Source: a virus
Taxonomy: Duplodnaviria; Heunggongvirae; Uroviricota; Caudoviricetes
Direction: 5' to 3' (one strand)
DNA length: 9,374 nucleotides
IMG/VR virus record: IMGVR_UViG_2695420523_000014
Both the position numbers and the translations under genes were made by a program. The notes beneath the pieces were generated by a model, which saw only the letters and a list, made by a program, of their open reading frames with translations, had not been told where the DNA came from and did no database searches. This document shows positions 1 to 9,374 of this stretch, one piece after another; position 1 is the stretch's first letter, and every line of letters starts with the position of its first letter.

Positions 1-573
<573 letters not shown>

Positions 574-581
574 AGTGATCC

Positions 582-880
582 TTACACGTCATATTTGTAT
601 ATATCGAATGTTAATGTTTGGGCATAAACGCCACTCACTGGAAGATATTGAACGGTGAAAGCGTTAGTACCCGGAATACAGTAAAACTCATTCCAGTACT
701 GACTCACTCGCATTACTGCCAACCAACCCGTTGGACGCATACCCGACCAGGCTACATTCCATGATGTAGTACTACCAGCCGATACATTAAGATTGACTGA
801 TCCCATGTACCGCATGTTGTAATCACCAATATCGACAATTAATCGTCCAGATGCATCCCAGCATTGTAAACCCTGTGCCA

Positions 881-881
<1 letters not shown>
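582..881 (-). CDS. Small tail-fibre-associated protein (99 aa), translationally coupled to the J-like gene
   Basis: Its ATG (879-881) overlaps the TAA stop of the upstream J-like gene (881-883) as TAATG. The ORF track lists a GTG start at 887, but the overlapping ATG is more likely. It is a paralog of the 226-573 ORF (CWDASGRLIVD versus VYNSAGALTID; EFYCIPGTNAF versus GKYCFPGSAMF). Confidence 0.5.
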
Positions 882-4469
<3,588 letters not shown>

Positions 4470-4473
<4 letters not shown>

Positions 4474-5093
4474 TTGTATCTCCACGTTTGATCCTGATTC
4501 ACCTGTCCTAATAAACTAAAGTATTCATCCCCTTTATAGAGAGATTGATATACTGAATTGGCAGCAATTAGTGGTGGCTGTCTGTCCAGCTTCTTATAAA
4601 TGCTATTCACGTAAACTGTCATTTCATTCGTTTTTTCATTTGGATCGGCTACTGCCTGAATGTAATCAACAAATCCTGAGAACATCAGCATGGAGTACAA
4701 TACAGTACTGTTATAGGGATTCAGGATAACGAGTGTAATATTCATCTGTGCATCTTTAAGGAAGCCCCCTAAAGCAAGTGCTCTTACACTCGTATTCACA
4801 TTACTAATTTTGAAGTTAATCGCATCGTTGTTGATCCCCTTCTGTTCGCTGAAAGAAGGCAATGAACCACTAATGATATCGGGAAAACTAATGTACTGGT
4901 TGCCATTCAGATCAATATCAATAAGTGAATCAGTCCAGTGAAAACCATTTGTACCTTTCGGGAGTACATCAAAACAGGTAACATGCACACCTAAACTCAT
5001 TACATCCATGACACTGAGGCGTGTTTTAGTCGTGCCACGAACTAACTTCCAGTACTTCAATAATGTTGTGTTAGTTAAAATACTTTCGTCCAT
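4470..5093 (-). CDS. Minor tail protein, lambda L-like (tail tip)
   Basis: 207-aa ORF whose ATG (5091-5093) overlaps the stop of the upstream gene as TAATG. It follows the M-like gene and precedes the K-like gene. There is loose motif resemblance to the lambda gpL N-terminal region, but no C-terminal Cys cluster. Confidence 0.6.
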
Positions 5094-5650
5094 TAGATAA
5101 TATTCTCCGTTGCCTTTAATGTGATATTCATGATGTTGCCAACGGGCATTGTATAATCATTATCGGGATCTAATACGGCTTCAATCTGAATGTTGTTATA
5201 GATAATAGCCTCATTTGCCTGTACGGTATTTTGCAGTACAGGGAATACGATTAATGAAGTACTGGTACGGTCAATAATTCTGTATATCTTTTTATGATTC
5301 GTAAACTGGATTAACTCACCAACTGCCATTGAATTATTATTAGTCGTGATTACCCTTGTACCCTTAGAAGCGATTGACTGACTTGTTAATGCCCCGCTCT
5401 GTGCTCCCCTGTAAGTACCCATCAATCCGAGCGAGAAAGTGAAGGATTTACCCTGAGAGTACTGAGCCAGAAAGTTTTGAACCTCTCCAATACTGGAAGG
5501 ATTGAAACTTAACTGAAACTGAATCTCATAGTATTGAATGCCTGTACTTCTCATGATACGTTGACCTGTCCATGTTTGATTTGAGTAAACAGGCTCAGTA
5601 CTTTTAATCTGGAAGTTTGTTATTTTTATTTGATTTGAAAAAGATGCCAT
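5093..5650 (-). CDS. Minor tail / distal tail protein, lambda M-like
   Basis: 185-aa ORF with ATG at 5648-5650 and GAGG about 5 nt upstream. It is the first tail-tip gene after the tape measure gene. The stretch GEVQNFLAQYSQGKSFTFSL loosely resembles lambda gpM from memory. Confidence 0.6.
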   Translation of the reverse strand: MASFSNQIKITNFQIKSTEPVYSNQTWTGQRIMRSTGIQYYEIQFQLSFNPSSIGEVQNFLAQYSQGKSFTFSLGLMGTYRGAQSGALTSQSIASKGTRVITTNNNSMAVGELIQFTNHKKIYRIIDRTSTSLIVFPVLQNTVQANEAIIYNNIQIEAVLDPDNDYTMPVGNIMNITLKATENII

Positions 5651-5685
5651 TGTAACCTCAACAATCCTTGTTTCGAGTATTTATC

Positions 5686-6315
5686 ATGATTGACTTCTTA
5701 AATCACATATTGAGAATATTGCCAATATTATCAGCTATTGCATTCCCTGTTCTTGTGGCAGTAGTGACTCTTTACATAGTCTACAGGAGTGGAAGCACAT
5801 CTATCATTGCCAATAAGATATGGGGGATATTCATTGGTGAGAAAAACTTCTTCGATGAGAAATTAGCACTAAAAGAAAAGGTTGAGCATGACGTTGCTAA
5901 ATTCAATTTCAAAGTTAACCTGAAAACCAAAAATCTCAGTCAAATTGAACAGTTTTATAATTTTCTGGAGAAGTTCGACCTGGATATAGATAGCTTTAAA
6001 GGTCTGCGTGATTGCTACTTGCCTTCATTGCAGAAAGTCAAAAAAACATCTAAAAGTGAAATGTTTAATATTAGTCTGGTTGTAATATTAGTAGGTGGCT
6101 TTTTGCTACCTATATTTGTTGGCGTTTTTATATTTAAAGACATTTCCACTTTTGACGGTGGTAAATTAGCAAATCTATTCATTTACACGTTTCTCATTTC
6201 TGCCAGTACAGTGTTAAGTTTTAGTCAGTTACTTAGAAAGATTAAGTCGATCAATACCCGCAAATTGATCTATAAAAAGAAATGCGAATATCTTGCAAAG
6301 AGAAAGCCCATGTAG
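5686..6315 (+). CDS. Hypothetical membrane protein with three predicted transmembrane helices, encoded opposite to the tail operon; unknown family
   Basis: It is the only long ORF in the 672-bp gap between the tape measure stop and the M-like start, and it lies on the other strand. The ATG at 5686 is preferred over the TTG at 5668 given in the ORF track, but neither has a strong Shine-Dalgarno. Hand-counted GC is about 32-37 percent against roughly 42-55 percent in the flanking tail genes. A 209-codon open frame in such AT-rich DNA is unlikely by chance. The protein has an N-terminal hydrophobic helix, a Lys/Glu-rich middle, two further hydrophobic helices and a basic C-tail. Confidence 0.7.
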   Translation: MIDFLNHILRILPILSAIAFPVLVAVVTLYIVYRSGSTSIIANKIWGIFIGEKNFFDEKLALKEKVEHDVAKFNFKVNLKTKNLSQIEQFYNFLEKFDLDIDSFKGLRDCYLPSLQKVKKTSKSEMFNISLVVILVGGFLLPIFVGVFIFKDISTFDGGKLANLFIYTFLISASTVLSFSQLLRKIKSINTRKLIYKKKCEYLAKRKPM

Positions 6316-6324
6316 GGCTTTCTT
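6300..6324. terminator. Perfect 9-bp stem-loop shared by the convergent 3' ends of the membrane-protein gene and the tape measure gene; candidate bidirectional terminator
   Basis: AGAAAGCCC (6301-6309), loop ATGTA, GGGCTTTCT (6315-6323). The plus-strand TAG stop lies in the loop and right arm, and the minus-strand TAA stop is at 6323-6325. The downstream U-tract is weak on the plus strand and moderate (CUUUG) on the minus strand. Confidence 0.35.
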
Positions 6325-8542
6325 AAGTATTCCGTCTCTGACTGCTTCTTACGGCCTGAGTAACGCTATTAGCGTGCTTCTTCAACATTTCATTGAATTT
6401 CTTATCATCACCTGCAACGTCTCCCTGAATGATCAAGGGGGCGTTGACGGTGATATCTCCAGCAGTACCACCGCCTTTCTCCTGAGTATCGAGGAACTTA
6501 GTCAGCTTCTTGTTAGCTTCTGGCTGTACTACACGCTCACCGGCTTTCAGTATAAAACTTTTGTTATCCATACCAGCGGGCAATTCATCTACACCGCCGT
6601 GGAACTGCCCACTTGCAGCCCCCTTCGCAGTACTGATAATGCTCATACCTAACGATAGTACCTGAGCGTAGTTTGCGAGGCTTGCGGGCCACGGCGTAGC
6701 AAGAGCCTGTGCTAATGCTGATTGTATTGAGAGTACTGTCTGAGCAATAGTAATGCCCTTACTCAATGCGAATGCCGCCTGTGCTGCCCCTGAAGATTCA
6801 CCAAACGCTGCGACCATGCCATCACTTAAGGATTGGGCTGTATCGCTGAAAATTGTTAGTTGTTGCTGTGCATTCTGGTTACTGATATCGATAGCCTGAG
6901 CATTATACTTTGCCGTAATCTCTGCCTTTCTCTTTTCATAATCTTCATGCCCCTTCAGTAATAAATCATTCTGCTGAAGTTCTGCATTCATGGCATCCTG
7001 ATTATCTTTCAGTAATTGATCGGTATTATCATAACTTAAGGGATTACCACCATTGATACGCTGATTTTGCTGATCTGTTAGGAATGATTTTTGAGTACTG
7101 TTCAGTACACCAGAAGAAATTAAGCTATTTGTATCTTTCAGACCCTGATTGGGATCTTGATAACCAACCATTGAATTGATTAAATCATTACGTTGTTTAG
7201 TACCAGAAGCATTTGCGGCATCGACATATTCTTTAAGTTGCTTTGGTGATATTCCAAGTACCTGAGCACTGTCCGTAATCGTCTTAAGAAGGGCTTTCTG
7301 TTGCCTGTCGAACTGCTGTAGGCGTACTTTGAAGCCCTCTTCCCCGACCTGAGCAAGTGCCGTTTCAAGATTACGCTGTGCCTGTAGCCTTTTTGTATCA
7401 GCCTGCTTTTGGACTTGTTCTGCCTGTTTCCGTAGCTGATCGGCTTTCTTCTGAGCATCCTCACGTTCTTTAGCTTCGTCTTTCCAGCCACCTTGCGGAG
7501 CCGTAACAGTAGCTATGTCATTGCGAAAGTTATTCACGAGTCCTTCAAGATTGGCTTGAGCACTGGCGTACACACTCTGCTTGCCATTATCCATACTGCC
7601 AGTTTGCAAGGCTGCACCCTGGTAGTTTAAAGCCCCGGAGGTGCGTAACTTTTCCCATATGTCTAAAAAATCCTGTAATGACCCCTTCGACGTTTTAATC
7701 TTCTCGTTCAGATCTTCAAATAGCCCTGCTTCATGGGGCTTCTGATTGGCGGCATCCAGTATTGCATTCATTGCCCCCACGAGTGGATTCAGACCATCAG
7801 CGATAGTACCTTTGATACGGGTTGTCAGCTTATCCAGATTCTTATCGAACTCTGCATAGTTTGCCGCTGCCTCGTTACTCACTGCGGCGTTCTGGCCCTG
7901 TATGTACGTCATTGCATCGGCTTCAGTATTGAACTGCTGTAGAGTACTGATCATGTGGCTTGAATCACTCGCCAGTGTTTCCATGACGTTGACGATTTCG
8001 GCCTGTGACTTACCTGCATCCCGCATGGCATAAAACGTGTGGATCACGGCCTGCATACCGCCATCTGCTTGTTTAAGGTACTTGTTATATTGCTGTAGGT
8101 TCAGCCCGTACTCTTTAAGATCGTCACTAACACCGCCGCCAGCACGGAACGCATCCCCGAGTTTATCGAGCGTATCCTTGTTGAAATCCCCAAACTTATC
8201 CATTTCAAGCCCAAGACCGCTAAACGCCGCCAATAGCTGCTGAAGCTGCATGACGGACAATCCAGCACTACGACTGATTTCATTCATTTCACGCACATAT
8301 TCGCGGCTTGAATTGACCAGTGCAGTAAGGCCACCAATACCAATTGCAGCAGCCCCCGCTAAACCTGTCATTGCCGTACCGAAACCGCCAGCAAGCCCAC
8401 TAAAACTGCCAGTGAGATCTTCAATCACACCGCCAGCATTTGAACCGAATTCTTCAAGTGATGAGGTGCCTTGTCGCAAAGCACGCTGTAAACCTGACGT
8501 ATCCCCGTCAATATCAAAACGAATTCTATTATTATTTGCCAT
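6323..8542 (-). CDS. Tail tape measure protein (739 aa)
   Basis: Long ORF immediately downstream of the G/G-T chaperone pair, with AGGAAAG 5-6 nt upstream of the ATG. It has a Gly/Ala-rich hydrophobic segment near the N-terminus, a long Q/K/E-rich coiled-coil-like middle and a hydrophobic C-terminal region, all typical of tape measure proteins. Confidence 0.85.
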   Translation of the reverse strand: MANNNRIRFDIDGDTSGLQRALRQGTSSLEEFGSNAGGVIEDLTGSFSGLAGGFGTAMTGLAGAAAIGIGGLTALVNSSREYVREMNEISRSAGLSVMQLQQLLAAFSGLGLEMDKFGDFNKDTLDKLGDAFRAGGGVSDDLKEYGLNLQQYNKYLKQADGGMQAVIHTFYAMRDAGKSQAEIVNVMETLASDSSHMISTLQQFNTEADAMTYIQGQNAAVSNEAAANYAEFDKNLDKLTTRIKGTIADGLNPLVGAMNAILDAANQKPHEAGLFEDLNEKIKTSKGSLQDFLDIWEKLRTSGALNYQGAALQTGSMDNGKQSVYASAQANLEGLVNNFRNDIATVTAPQGGWKDEAKEREDAQKKADQLRKQAEQVQKQADTKRLQAQRNLETALAQVGEEGFKVRLQQFDRQQKALLKTITDSAQVLGISPKQLKEYVDAANASGTKQRNDLINSMVGYQDPNQGLKDTNSLISSGVLNSTQKSFLTDQQNQRINGGNPLSYDNTDQLLKDNQDAMNAELQQNDLLLKGHEDYEKRKAEITAKYNAQAIDISNQNAQQQLTIFSDTAQSLSDGMVAAFGESSGAAQAAFALSKGITIAQTVLSIQSALAQALATPWPASLANYAQVLSLGMSIISTAKGAASGQFHGGVDELPAGMDNKSFILKAGERVVQPEANKKLTKFLDTQEKGGGTAGDITVNAPLIIQGDVAGDDKKFNEMLKKHANSVTQAVRSSQRRNT

Positions 8543-9220
8543 TCTTCTTTCCTAATACCTGATTCCTGATAGCGTCACCGATTGATTTAATATCATTGGC
8601 CTGAGCTTCTTTTTTCTTCTGTTCTTTCACTTCTGCTTTTTCTTGTGTAGTGAGATCGCTATTAAAAACATCCAGAAAATCAAAATCAGCAACTTTGATA
8701 CTACGCCGTGCCTCTGGCGTGAGATTCCCATTACTTATCGTGGTGTAATAGCACTGATAAGCATGTTTCAACATCTCAATTTGCGTACCTGTCGGTTCTA
8801 TATAGGCATCGTAAACCATAAGCATATCGAGTACTTCAGGATCTAAATTAAAGTACTCATCTGGTGATAAACCACGTTTATTGACCATTTTACAGAAGTA
8901 CCGCAGATGGCTATCACATCTTACTTTTTTTCGACTTCATCCACTGGATTACTGTCACTGACAAGTTGAATAATTGCCTGATAGATTTTGCCCTGCATAA
9001 CATAATCAATGCTGTTGACATTAATACGCCCATCAATATCTTCATCAGAGAAAATAGGATCACCATTTTCATCTTTAACACAAAGAATGAGAGTATTTGC
9101 TACATCAGTACAGTTTGCAAAATCGCGACCATTTGGACGGTGGATGTAGAGCGTGAAGCCTTCGATCTCAAATGGTTTTAGCTCTGGTTGTAGTTTCTTT
9201 TTTAGTTCCATTAAATTCAT
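8532..9220 (-). CDS. Tail assembly chaperone G-T fusion, made by a programmed -1 frameshift at 8924-8930 (about 229 aa)
   Basis: The -1 frame after GAA AAA AAG is open (KKVRCDSHLRYFCK) and runs straight into the 118-aa ORF at 8532-8888. That ORF has no Shine-Dalgarno of its own, and its 3' end overlaps the tape measure start by 11 nt. This is the canonical G/G-T arrangement of siphovirus tails. Confidence 0.65.
8921..9220 (-). CDS. Tail assembly chaperone, lambda G-like (99 aa)
   Basis: ATG at 9218-9220 with GGAG 7 nt upstream. It is a small acidic protein directly upstream of the tape measure gene and ends in a slippery A_AAA_AAG heptamer followed by TAA. Confidence 0.7.
   Translation of the reverse strand: MNLMELKKKLQPELKPFEIEGFTLYIHRPNGRDFANCTDVANTLILCVKDENGDPIFSDEDIDGRINVNSIDYVMQGKIYQAIIQLVSDSNPVDEVEKK
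8924..8930 (-). promoter_or_regulatory. Slippery heptanucleotide A_AAA_AAG (-1 programmed frameshift site), immediately followed by the zero-frame stop
   Basis: Minus-strand sequence is GTC GAA AAA AAG TAA. The heptamer is identical to the well-known dnaX-type slippery site. Confidence 0.6.
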
Positions 9221-9236
9221 CTGTTATCTCCATATA

Positions 9237-9267
9237 CGAAAAAAGGAAAGTTAATAACCTTCCCTTT
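9237..9267 (-). terminator. Candidate partial intrinsic terminator between the upstream gene and the G-like gene
   Basis: On the minus strand: AAAGGGAAGG, loop UUAUUAA, CUUUCCUUUU, then UUCG. The stem is 7-10 bp with two G-U pairs, followed by a U-run and then the G-like RBS. The stem is AT-rich, so termination is probably weak. Confidence 0.3.
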
Positions 9268-9285
9268 ATTGGTGATGCTGCCAAC

Positions 9286-9374
9286 TTACTGATTTAGTGT
9301 ATGATGGTGTTTTTGAGGTGCTCCAGTGGCTTCTGTTTCTATCAGCTGTCCCTCCTGTTCAGCTACTGACGGGG
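9286..9374 (-). CDS. 3' end of an upstream gene (start outside window), possibly the major tail protein by position
   Basis: The minus-strand frame is open from the window edge to TAA at 9286-9288 and reads PSVAEQEGQLIETEATGAPQKHHHTLNQ. The functional call rests only on the usual order major tail, G, G-T, tape measure. The fragment is short enough to be a chance ORF. Confidence 0.35.
   Translation of the reverse strand, partial: PSVAEQEGQLIETEATGAPQKHHHTLNQ

Noticed and set aside
5668-5685. TTG start at 5668 for the membrane-protein gene, and GTG starts at 887 and 4485 as given by the ORF track
   Set aside because: In-frame ATG codons a few codons downstream have better context (stop/start overlap or GGAG). 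The alternative starts cannot be excluded, but they change only 2-6 residues.
5686-6315. The membrane protein as a holin
   Set aside because: It sits inside the tail module on the opposite strand with no adjacent endolysin, and at about 210 aa with a long soluble middle it is larger than typical holins. This rests on context only and is not excluded.
6293-8555. ORFs overlapping the tape measure gene (6293-6652+, 7180-7491-, 7733-7942+, 8037-8243+, 8101-8283-, 8250-8555+)
   Set aside because: They lie antisense or out of frame within a well-supported 739-aa gene. Their translations are low-complexity (Ser/Pro/Leu/Arg-rich), typical of chance ORFs.
8532-8888. The 118-aa ORF as an independently translated gene
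   Set aside because: There is no Shine-Dalgarno before its ATG, and the -1 frame is continuously open from the slippery site in the G-like gene. It is better explained as the T part of a G-T frameshift product.
8643-9181. Plus-strand ORFs 8643-8846 and 8966-9181, antisense to the chaperone genes
   Set aside because: They lie entirely within the G and G-T coding regions on the opposite strand and have no start context.

Overview
Most of this window is a lambda-like siphovirus tail module on the minus strand, either a prophage or a tail-derived element; head and lysis genes are outside the window. Reading right to left: the C-terminal end of an upstream gene (probably major tail protein), a weak terminator, tail assembly chaperones G and G-T joined by a -1 frameshift at A_AAA_AAG, a 739-aa tape measure protein, M-like and L-like tail tip proteins, a short K-like NlpC/P60 protein, a 1067-aa J-like central fibre with a gpI-like N-terminus, and two small paralogous distal ORFs. 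Two things interrupt this layout. At the left edge, the right end of an IS21-family element (IstB C-terminus) abuts the last tail-fibre ORF and probably truncates it. Between the tape measure and M-like genes sits a low-GC, opposite-strand gene for a predicted three-helix membrane protein of unknown family. That gene is the best candidate for an undescribed accessory function, possibly superinfection exclusion or defence. No rRNA, tRNA or CRISPR array was seen. All homology statements are from reading the translations and from memory of lambda proteins; no database search was run.
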